Position numbers and translations under genes: made by a program
From: an uncultured Pseudomonadota bacterium
Lineage (GTDB): Bacteria; SAR324; NAC60-12
DNA: 11,853 bases
Assembly (NCBI GenBank): GCA_913020725.1
Contig: CAJWCD010000113.1
Location: 1 to 11,853 of the forward strand
Reading direction: 5' to 3'
Shown: piece by piece, positions 1-7,143 of the stretch
Position numbering within the stretch: the first letter of the stretch is position 1
Layout: each line of letters starts with the position of its first letter
Notes under the pieces: generated by a model
The model's database searches: none
What the model was told of the DNA's origin: nothing
The model's input: only the letters and a program-made list of their open reading frames with translations

Positions 1-179
1 CACGGCTTGAAAGCCTTTACCAAACATACTCCTACAGGCCAGTCTTGGTTTATCCCGCAGGCTTGATGTTCTGGTTGAATAGATTTTGGCAGTGCCGCCG
101 AAACTGGCTGCGGCGTGGACTGAGTTCCTGCGGTGCAAGCCGCAAGAGCCAGAGCAAAGACGGCTGCAAGCAAACGCAT
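1..179 (-). CDS. Putative lipoprotein, 5' part only (runs off the left edge; not in the ORF track)
   Basis: Hand translation from the ATG at 179: MRLLAAVFALALAAC-TAGTQSTPQPVSAALPKSIQPEHQACGINQDWPVGVCLVKAFKP, open to base 1. It has a basic N-terminus, a hydrophobic stretch and a LAAC lipobox (Cys15). It starts 13 nt after the stop of the upstream minus-strand gene. Confidence 0.75.
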   Translation of the reverse strand, partial: MRLLAAVFALALAACTAGTQSTPQPVSAALPKSIQPEHQACGINQDWPVGVCLVKAFKP

Positions 180-192
180 AGCGGTTTCTTGG

Positions 193-660
193 TTAGGGTT
201 TGAGGGAATACCGAAAGGTGCAACAGGAGGCCCCCTTCATGATTGTTTGGTCGCGCTGGAGTTGCAGGTCCGGATGGAAGCCTTCGCAAAAAGTACCGTC
301 ACGGTTGCAGGACAACAAATGCCCAATCTCCCCCAACCCCATTGCTTGATACATTTCCGCGTACTTGCAGCGCGTCACATCGAAATCAAAGCGGGTGTCG
401 CTTTCGTGATGCACCTCGACTTCGAGGGCACCCCCGGCCTTCCAGTTTTCAAACAAAACGATAAAATTCCGCAGCGGTGGCACATCAGCAGGCATCTGTT
501 TGGCATGGTTCTGTCCTTCGGCAATGGCAGCTTGGCGGATGGCGCGATCCAGAATCTGTTCGGCGGCTTCCTGTCCAAGGGTTTCAGCCATCTCCTTGAA
601 GATTGGGCCAATCACTTCGGCCTGAAGCCGTCTTTTCTCAAGCACTGGAATTTCTGACAT
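193..660 (-). CDS. L-2-amino-thiazoline-4-carboxylic acid (ATC) hydrolase family protein
   Basis: 155 aa with the family pattern FDVTRC-YAEMY-MGL-EIG-LLSC-RD-F-EGF-P-L-L-R-QTIM-GA-CC-FRY and conserved cysteines. The actual activity is not established from sequence. Confidence 0.8.
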   Translation of the reverse strand: MSEIPVLEKRRLQAEVIGPIFKEMAETLGQEAAEQILDRAIRQAAIAEGQNHAKQMPADVPPLRNFIVLFENWKAGGALEVEVHHESDTRFDFDVTRCKYAEMYQAMGLGEIGHLLSCNRDGTFCEGFHPDLQLQRDQTIMKGASCCTFRYSLKP

Positions 661-764
661 CCTGCTTCAAGTTGGGTGTGGGTTGAATGTTCCGGAAGCT
701 CCGGCATTGGCCCCAAGCATACCTGATGAGGGTTTTGAAGCCAAGCAAAGATCAATACCGGAAG

Positions 765-2846
765 TCAGAACTTCAGGCGCAGGGAGAGGACAAGCTGCCC
801 CTGAGCGACGATGGGATGCCAGCGCAGTTGGGCGGCGTGATCCTCGGACGAAGCTTCCGGCTCGTCCGGAAGCGAGGCGGAGTTGACCAGCAGCATCGTC
901 TCTGTGATGAGGCAGATCGTGGTGACAAGGTCGAGGAAGTAGATCGTGCGGTTGGAGTTGTCGATTTTTTGCTGATTGCTCTGGTACTCGGTGGCCACCG
1001 AGCTGTAGCTTGACTGCCCAAGCGAAACCTGTGATTCCAACTCAAGGTTCCGGTTCACATAGGTGTTGTGCTGGGAGCGCTGCTGGTTGCTGAGCAGGAA
1101 AGTCACCGCAGCGGTTCCGGCCAAGCCCCAATGCACCCAATCGTTTTGCGAGAGTCGATCCAGCGGGGAGAAAGTTCTTTGGGGAAGATTGGCGGACACA
1201 GGCGTCGCAGCGGCTGCCAGTCCGGAAGCCGTTTCCGGGAATTTTGTCGGAAGCCGTTTCAGTTGTTCCGGAGTGATGAGGTACACCGGAGGCACGATCA
1301 CCGTGGGCGGTGAAGTGGTTTGTACAGCGGCAGGCGTTGCCGACGGTTGCGGTTTTGGGTCCAGCGCCACCATCATGGGGTCCGACACGTTCCCGGCCCC
1401 GTCCCGGAACCATGCGAACAGCCGTGTTCCGGAGCGACCGGAATCCCACGGAATGCGCTTCTCAAAGCGTCGCTGCTTGGGGACGCCAATGAACTCGTGC
1501 GGTTGCGGAGTGCTGAGGGTGTGTGAAATCCGGTAGCCTTCGACGCCCATTTCGTCAAACGCGATCAGCGTGATGTTCTCTTCGGCGTCTTGCAGGCGTC
1601 CGGTGCTGGGATCGGTCTGTGCCGCTCCCTTGGGCGGGGTGCGGTCCACCTGAATTCCAACCGAAACGGGCGGGGAGATGTGGTTGTGCTGATCCTTGAA
1701 CCAGACGTAGATGCGCTGATTGCCGTCCTCGCTGCCCAGGTCCACGCGCTCGCGCTGATTGAGGTTGATGCGTGGAACGACGGGAACAAACCGCTGCGCC
1801 GGAGGAGGCTCCGGTTTCAGGGAAATGAAGTAGCCCGTCACGCCTTCGTCGTCACTGGCTTGCAGCAGCACCTCCACGGAGGCGGCGGAAACCAACGACT
1901 GTTGGGCAAGCAGGCTGATGGCTCCGTGCGGTGCGGTGCCCTTGGCTGAGGTTTTGGTGGTGGTGGGCGCTTCGCCCGTTGCCGGAGGCTGGTACTGAAT
2001 CAGGGTGGAAACCCGCTTGGAAAGGTTTCCGGCCTCGTCCCGGAACCACGCATACACGACCTGCTCGAAGACCCTGCGCTTCCCGTGTTTGCGATAGTGG
2101 ATTTGACGTTGCAGCAATTTGTGCGGGGGCACCGCCACCCAGTCTTTGGAGGACAAGGATGGACGCTCCGGAAGTTCGGCAAGCAGGAAGCCGGAAACCC
2201 CCACGTTGTCCGTGGCAAAAAGCTCCAGCCGCGCCTCGTCCGGCTTGCCCTGCACCAGCTTCAGGAAACGAAGGCCCACCCGTGCGGCAGGCCCAACTCC
2301 AGTTCCAGGAGCCAACAAGTCGATACGGACGGGATTGAGGTTGGCCGTGATTACGTTTTTCGGAAGGTCGAGTTCCACGAAAACCGACTGCTCGCTGACG
2401 ATCATCCACTCCGACGGCAGGTGCAGGGTTCCGGGCACGAGTCGCAACTGCGTGGCTGGATCCCCAGACTGTACCGTGTAGGCAAAACGGATCACTGTGT
2501 TGCCGGCGCGACCGTGGTAGAGTGCCTTGCGTCGGAGCTGGCCGACATCGAGATCGAGATACGGAAAGCTCCCCTTGAGCCGATCCGGATCCGGATTACG
2601 CAGCGGAATGCACTCGTCGAGACAAACCGAACGCACGCTGAAATCGCGGATCACCGTCACGGGGGCAGAGAACTCCACTTCCCAAATCACCTGAGATTTC
2701 ACCGTCACCTGTCCAGTGGTGAGACGGCGCACCTCCTTGATCTGGGGGCGGGTGTAATCGGAGGGCGGAAGCCCTTTGTAGGTCTGTGCGTCTGTTAGAA
2801 GGGGGGCAAGCATGAAAAGCAGCCCCGCCAACACCTTCCTTTGCAT
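765..2846 (-). CDS. Secreted/surface protein with Ig-like repeats and a C-terminal membrane segment (hypothetical)
   Basis: 693 aa. Signal peptide MQRKVLAGLLFMLAPLLTDA. Ig-like motif VEFSAPVTV...FAYTVQSGD. Three ~100-aa repeats ending in (Y/F)xWF(R/K)DxxxxxS. Pro/Thr/Ala linkers. Two hydrophobic segments near the C-terminus and a terminal LVLSLRLKF. Confidence 0.8.
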   Translation of the reverse strand: MQRKVLAGLLFMLAPLLTDAQTYKGLPPSDYTRPQIKEVRRLTTGQVTVKSQVIWEVEFSAPVTVIRDFSVRSVCLDECIPLRNPDPDRLKGSFPYLDLDVGQLRRKALYHGRAGNTVIRFAYTVQSGDPATQLRLVPGTLHLPSEWMIVSEQSVFVELDLPKNVITANLNPVRIDLLAPGTGVGPAARVGLRFLKLVQGKPDEARLELFATDNVGVSGFLLAELPERPSLSSKDWVAVPPHKLLQRQIHYRKHGKRRVFEQVVYAWFRDEAGNLSKRVSTLIQYQPPATGEAPTTTKTSAKGTAPHGAISLLAQQSLVSAASVEVLLQASDDEGVTGYFISLKPEPPPAQRFVPVVPRINLNQRERVDLGSEDGNQRIYVWFKDQHNHISPPVSVGIQVDRTPPKGAAQTDPSTGRLQDAEENITLIAFDEMGVEGYRISHTLSTPQPHEFIGVPKQRRFEKRIPWDSGRSGTRLFAWFRDGAGNVSDPMMVALDPKPQPSATPAAVQTTSPPTVIVPPVYLITPEQLKRLPTKFPETASGLAAAATPVSANLPQRTFSPLDRLSQNDWVHWGLAGTAAVTFLLSNQQRSQHNTYVNRNLELESQVSLGQSSYSSVATEYQSNQQKIDNSNRTIYFLDLVTTICLITETMLLVNSASLPDEPEASSEDHAAQLRWHPIVAQGQLVLSLRLKF
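1380..2260 (-). repeat. Three intragenic ~100-aa Ig-like repeat units
   Basis: ATDNVGVSGF...VYAWFRDEAGNLS; ASDDEGVTGY...IYVWFKDQHNHIS; AFDEMGVEGY...LFAWFRDGAGNVS. A DNA-level echo remains: gtcccggaaccatgc (1401) vs gtcccggaaccacgc (2037). Boundaries are approximate. Confidence 0.8.
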
Positions 2847-2929
2847 AGGCGGAGTATCCTTGTTGTCCGATCACGCTCCTGCAATTATCGTGACACACAA
2901 CGGAAACGACCGGAACTGCTGGTTCTTCC

Positions 2930-2959
2930 TTGATTCTGAAGGGGGTTTTAGATTATCTT
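2930..2959 (+). promoter_or_regulatory. Possible sigma70-type promoter for efp
   Basis: TTGATT (2930-2935), an 18-nt spacer, then TATCTT (2954-2959), within the relatively AT-rich divergent intergenic region. Confidence 0.35.
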
Positions 2960-2963
2960 GAAT

Positions 2964-2991
2964 CCCGGTGTTTGGTGCCGACCGCACCGGG
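2964..2991 (+). promoter_or_regulatory. GC-rich stem-loop in the efp 5' leader
   Basis: cccggtg (2964-2970) pairs perfectly with caccggg (2985-2991). An inner ggt/acc stem closes a gccg loop. Confidence 0.45.
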
Positions 2992-3026
2992 CCTTCCTCA
3001 TCAACCTCTCGCAGCAAGTAGCCAGC

Positions 3027-3587
3027 GTGTACGATACATCAGACATCCGGAAGGGGCTTCGGATCGAATTGGACGGAGAGCCTTTCATCGTGGTGGATTT
3101 TCAGTTTGTGAAACCCGGCAAGGGCAATGCCTTCACCCGGACCAAAATCCGCAACATGATCACGGGATCGGTCTTGGACCGCACCTTCAAGACTGGGGAG
3201 AGACTCAAGCCTGCCGACATGGAGGAGCGCGTGATGCAGTTCCTCTACAATGATGGTTCCTTCCACTTCATGGACAGCAGCAGCTACGATCAAGTGGAGT
3301 TGCAAACCGACGAGGTGGGGGATGCGATCAACTTCTTGCTGGAGAACATGGAGGTGGGCATCGCCTTCTTCAAAGGACGCGCACTGGGGTTGACCCTGCC
3401 GAACTTCGTCAGCCTCGAAGTGGCCGAAACTGCTCCGGGAGAACGAGGCAACACCGTCACAGGGGCGACGAAGCCCGCCACTTTGAGTACGGGCCACACG
3501 GTCAACGTTCCGCTCTTCATTGGCAGCGGGGAGTTGCTCAAGATCGACACACGCACCGGCGAATACGTTGAGCGTGTGAAAGTCTGA
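3027..3587 (+). CDS. efp: Translation elongation factor P (lysine type, PGKG loop)
   Basis: MYDTSDIRKGLRIELDGEPF..VKPGKGNAFTRTKIRN..YDQ..PG.RGNT..KPATLSTG..VPLFI..IDTRTGEYVER. The likely start is GTG at 3027 (186 aa, normal EF-P length) rather than the TTG at 2958. Confidence 0.97.
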   Translation: MYDTSDIRKGLRIELDGEPFIVVDFQFVKPGKGNAFTRTKIRNMITGSVLDRTFKTGERLKPADMEERVMQFLYNDGSFHFMDSSSYDQVELQTDEVGDAINFLLENMEVGIAFFKGRALGLTLPNFVSLEVAETAPGERGNTVTGATKPATLSTGHTVNVPLFIGSGELLKIDTRTGEYVERVKV

Positions 3588-3614
3588 CTCTCCACGAATT
3601 CTACTAACCTCGGC

Positions 3615-6600
3615 ATGTCGCTGTTTCCCAGCCTATCCAAATCATCCAACTCCGCCAAGAAGATGGCTTCCAAGAGGCCACAGAACTTGGCGGCAGTCCG
3701 CGCAGCAGAAGCTTCACAGCAGCGGTTTTTTCAAGCCTATCAGTCCCTTCCCGGACAACCGTGGACTCCGGAGGTCACGGAACAGTTGCGACAACTGCAC
3801 GACTCGCTGAAGACGCGAGAAATTGCAGAAGCACTGCTGGGGCAGTACGATGTGGATTTGCTGCTCGATCTCCGACAAAAAGCGGCAGACGAGCATGAGG
3901 CGCTTGAGCGCATCTACTTGGCACGGATGCAGAGCTTTGCAGAGCTTGCCGATTCAGACCTCAAAAGCACGGTTCATGAAAGCCTGCTGCTCTTCCACGT
4001 CAACCCCACCGATCTCCCGCCGTTTGTGTTGGAGCAAACCGTGGGCTATGACGAAGACGGCAAGCCCATTCTCGACAGCAGCACCTTCAACGTGTTTCCT
4101 GAAAACGCTTATGCCGGAATTGACGGGTTGGAGCGTTTCCTGCCACCTGCGTTCAAGGAGGGGAGCGAGGGATTTCGTTCCTTCGCCCGCAAGAACTACC
4201 CGCTACTTGCCGGAACCCTCGATTCCACGGAAACGCCCCACATCCGCGCCCTGACCACCATTGGCAGTCTGGGTGGCATTGGGCACAAGCCCGATTCCGA
4301 CATGGACGCGCAGGTGATTGTGGAGACCATTCCGGCGGTGAAGCAACCGTGGATGGACCTTGATTTTTTCCACGCGCTGCTCACTTATCTGCATCGGTTG
4401 CTGCTCACAAGCATAGAAAATGCGCTGGGGCAGAAGTTTGCACAACTCCGGGAGCAGGCTAAATCCCTGCTACGCGAGCAACACCACGAGGGTTTGACCC
4501 GCGAGGAACTGCGCATCATCGAGGTGATTCTGCCCAGCACCCTCCGGAAACTGCTCGACAACCAGCTTTGGAAGCTGTTTCTCAAGCGACCTGCGCAGGA
4601 TCAGGAAAAGCTGGTTGAGCGCAACGTCACGCATTTGCTTCAGGAGCATCCCGGATTTGCACGGTTTTGGCCGGCACTAGAGGTGTTTTTCTCCTTTTTA
4701 CAATGTCCCACTCAGGAAAGCCCCAAGACGTTGAGGTCCGGTGTGCTGCTCCGGGATTTTGGCGGATTGATTCGTAATTACCAAAAAGAGCAGGCTTTGG
4801 GGATTGAGGCGAAGACCGAGTATCCGATGCTCATCAAGGTCCGGGTGGTGGAGCAGTACCTAACCAAGAAGTACCCCAACACGGAAGTTCACTATTTCCT
4901 CAACCTGCTCCGCAACATGCGTGAGGGTCGGCACACGCCATTTCTGGTGTCTCCGGAGGGGAGTCTGGCGTACTCGCTGCTGCTCAACGACTTCCTGCTC
5001 AATCCGGCGATGATGCTGGCGGGCAAGCCGCCGATGCCGTTTTGCATTCCCCGCGAACTCCGTCCGCTGCTCACCGTCGGGGTGCTGCCGGATGCACAGT
5101 GGCATGTCGCCCAACCTGATCCGCAGGGGCGTCCCCAGCAGGTGCTGATGCGGACCATGGCAGACTGGGGGTCTTTGGACGTGCCCCGCACCTTGTTCAT
5201 TGAACACGTCATCCCCATCTTCCTGAGAGAGAGCGAGAAGGTCAGCCACCGTAACCTCCCCAAGGCCCTGCTGAACTGCTGGTGGATGGAACTGCTCTGC
5301 GACGAACCCTACGGTCACCCCCTCACCAGCCTGACGGCGCTGGTGCTGAACCCCGCTGACCGGGAACTCGTCAAAAATCCAACTTCGGAACATCCGTATC
5401 TTGAGAAGCTTGGTCTGCTGGAGGAAGCCTTTCCGCAGCTTCTGCTCGATCCGTGGTGGATCAAGTTCTCCGAACTCCTCACACGCTTTCCCCACAAGAA
5501 GGTTTGCAAGGAAATCGTCTTCTGCTTTGCGCAGCACCTGCGGCTTTCGGACATCATCAACTTCTCGATGCAGGCGGAACCACTGCGGCTCGATCCGCAT
5601 GCCACATGGCGCGAGCGAGCGATGGTGTTGTTTTACGAACACTTCTTCCCCAATCTGGTCGAACGTCTGGAGTTGATGCACTTTGCACAGGGAAGGGACG
5701 ACACGGCAAACCTCGTGGAGGAACGGCTCAAGAAGCAGTTTCTCGATTCCATGCTGCGCGTCGAACGACAACTCTGTGTGCTGGGAAAGCAGCGAGCCGC
5801 CCGGCAAGTCCGGGATTATCTGCTCAAATGCGGGGTGCGGCTTGGAGAGGACAAAGACACCGTTGAGGAGTTGGAACTGCTGGTGGCTCCGGCGAACGAG
5901 CGCATCGCCATTGAAGACCACGAGGTCTTGATCAAGCTCAAGCGCAAGGAACCGCTCAACGCACTGGAGCGTTTGCAGGCGAAAGCGATCTACCAGGACC
6001 ACATGCACCTCAAGGAAAGCGTTGAGGAAATCCAGGTCCGCTATGCCGGAAAGGATTTGGATTTCGTCGCGCTGGAACGCTGCATCCATCGGGGGCGAGT
6101 GAAGGTTGGGGGGGACACCAACGAAAACGTCATCTTCAAGCACCACTTTGAGCGCAATTTCAAGCGCAAGCCCAACCAAATCCCTCTGCCGATTTCCAAA
6201 AGCCTCTGCATTCCCCGCTCGCTGATTCTCATTTCCTTCAACCCCAAGTCTGGAAAGTGGAAGTTCCTCTCGGTCCTCAGCCGACGTGAGGCGTGGGCCT
6301 CTGGAAGAACCGACGGTTCAAACGCGATGATCATGTTCGAGGAAGGGCTGGTTCAAGGGGTGGCCCGCTGCGTCTTCAGCGGTTACGTTGGATACAAGGC
6401 CCCTCGGATCACGGCGTGGCAAAAGGAAGTGGCCAAGTCCAGCACCAAGGTCAGCGGCAATCCTTTCACGCAAGATGACGTGCAGGTGCTGGCGCAGGAA
6501 ATCCACGACTTCTTCCCACCCCACCAACTGCGCCCCCAGGAACTGCTGGAGCACCTGCACTACGTCGAGGACGTGATGATGGTCTGCAACGTCAACGAGT

Positions 6601-7142
6601 TCCTCTCGGTGTCTCTCATCGTGCGTGATAATTTGGGGGATGTCTTTGTCACGGATTTTGACCTGGAGAGCATCCCCATCGACTTTTTCGAGAAGCCGAA
6701 CAGCGGTGAGGATCACAAGGTCCAGGTGTTCTTCCTCCGGCTGCAGACGGCGGGGGCGCGGGAACGCTTCCGCCACACCTTGGAAATGCTGGGAGCGCCG
6801 CTGCATCCCGATCACCCACCACACTTCCGCATTTGGGTGAACCCCAAGAATTTTGCAATGACAATGTCCTCCAAGTACCGGGGGATCTACCTTAACGGCA
6901 TTGCCCAGCGGCTTTGGCCAGCGGAGGGCGAGCATGTGCCGTGGCAAAAGGACGCGCTTCCGGAAACGATCGCATCCTTCGATTCCATCGGGCATCAAGC
7001 GATTGACGCCTTCCATGAAGAACGGGAGGTCATGCGCAAAAAACGAGACGTCCATGCCGCAAAAGCCCGTGCCCTCGCCCGCAAGTACATGGACAAAATC
7101 GAACGCGAAAAAGCGGAGCGCGAACGCAGGTTGATGGAGTAA
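3615..7142 (+). CDS. cyaA: Divergent class I adenylate cyclase-like protein (Pol-beta superfamily nucleotidyltransferase)
   Basis: Motifs are colinear with enterobacterial CyaA as I recall it. IGSLGGIGHKPDSDMD matches MGSTSSVGQSCSSDLD with the same S-to-DxD spacing. Other matches: EVHYFL (EVSFFL), LLLNDF..AMMLAGK (LLLDEF..AVRLAGK), DWGSL (DLGGL), LPKALL (PYKAVL), LDPW (LDPY), EIHDFFP (DVSHHFP), SVSLIVRDNLGDV (SVDLLYRNSWNEV). The start may be the ATG at 3663. The gene symbol is tentative. Confidence 0.75.
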   Translation: MSLFPSLSKSSNSAKKMASKRPQNLAAVRAAEASQQRFFQAYQSLPGQPWTPEVTEQLRQLHDSLKTREIAEALLGQYDVDLLLDLRQKAADEHEALERIYLARMQSFAELADSDLKSTVHESLLLFHVNPTDLPPFVLEQTVGYDEDGKPILDSSTFNVFPENAYAGIDGLERFLPPAFKEGSEGFRSFARKNYPLLAGTLDSTETPHIRALTTIGSLGGIGHKPDSDMDAQVIVETIPAVKQPWMDLDFFHALLTYLHRLLLTSIENALGQKFAQLREQAKSLLREQHHEGLTREELRIIEVILPSTLRKLLDNQLWKLFLKRPAQDQEKLVERNVTHLLQEHPGFARFWPALEVFFSFLQCPTQESPKTLRSGVLLRDFGGLIRNYQKEQALGIEAKTEYPMLIKVRVVEQYLTKKYPNTEVHYFLNLLRNMREGRHTPFLVSPEGSLAYSLLLNDFLLNPAMMLAGKPPMPFCIPRELRPLLTVGVLPDAQWHVAQPDPQGRPQQVLMRTMADWGSLDVPRTLFIEHVIPIFLRESEKVSHRNLPKALLNCWWMELLCDEPYGHPLTSLTALVLNPADRELVKNPTSEHPYLEKLGLLEEAFPQLLLDPWWIKFSELLTRFPHKKVCKEIVFCFAQHLRLSDIINFSMQAEPLRLDPHATWRERAMVLFYEHFFPNLVERLELMHFAQGRDDTANLVEERLKKQFLDSMLRVERQLCVLGKQRAARQVRDYLLKCGVRLGEDKDTVEELELLVAPANERIAIEDHEVLIKLKRKEPLNALERLQAKAIYQDHMHLKESVEEIQVRYAGKDLDFVALERCIHRGRVKVGGDTNENVIFKHHFERNFKRKPNQIPLPISKSLCIPRSLILISFNPKSGKWKFLSVLSRREAWASGRTDGSNAMIMFEEGLVQGVARCVFSGYVGYKAPRITAWQKEVAKSSTKVSGNPFTQDDVQVLAQEIHDFFPPHQLRPQELLEHLHYVEDVMMVCNVNEFLSVSLIVRDNLGDVFVTDFDLESIPIDFFEKPNSGEDHKVQVFFLRLQTAGARERFRHTLEMLGAPLHPDHPPHFRIWVNPKNFAMTMSSKYRGIYLNGIAQRLWPAEGEHVPWQKDALPETIASFDSIGHQAIDAFHEEREVMRKKRDVHAAKARALARKYMDKIEREKAERERRLME

Positions 7143-7143
7143 C

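Noticed and set aside
133..657. 174-aa plus-strand ORF and other overlapping alternative-frame ORFs across the window
   Set aside because: They are antisense to or nested in genes with clear family signatures.
2871..2893. TCACG-N13-CGTGA inverted repeat as a CRP site
   Set aside because: The half-site order and spacing do not match TGTGA-N6-TCACA, and 5-bp arms can arise by chance.
2958..3026. 23-aa N-terminal extension of EF-P from the TTG at 2958
   Set aside because: It overlaps the putative promoter and hairpin. EF-P homology starts at GTG 3027, which gives the normal length.
3615..7142. CBASS/cGAS-like CD-NTase or other defence nucleotidyltransferase
   Set aside because: It shares only the superfamily GS..DxD motif. 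Motifs along the whole length follow class I adenylate cyclase, and no effector or Cap genes are adjacent.
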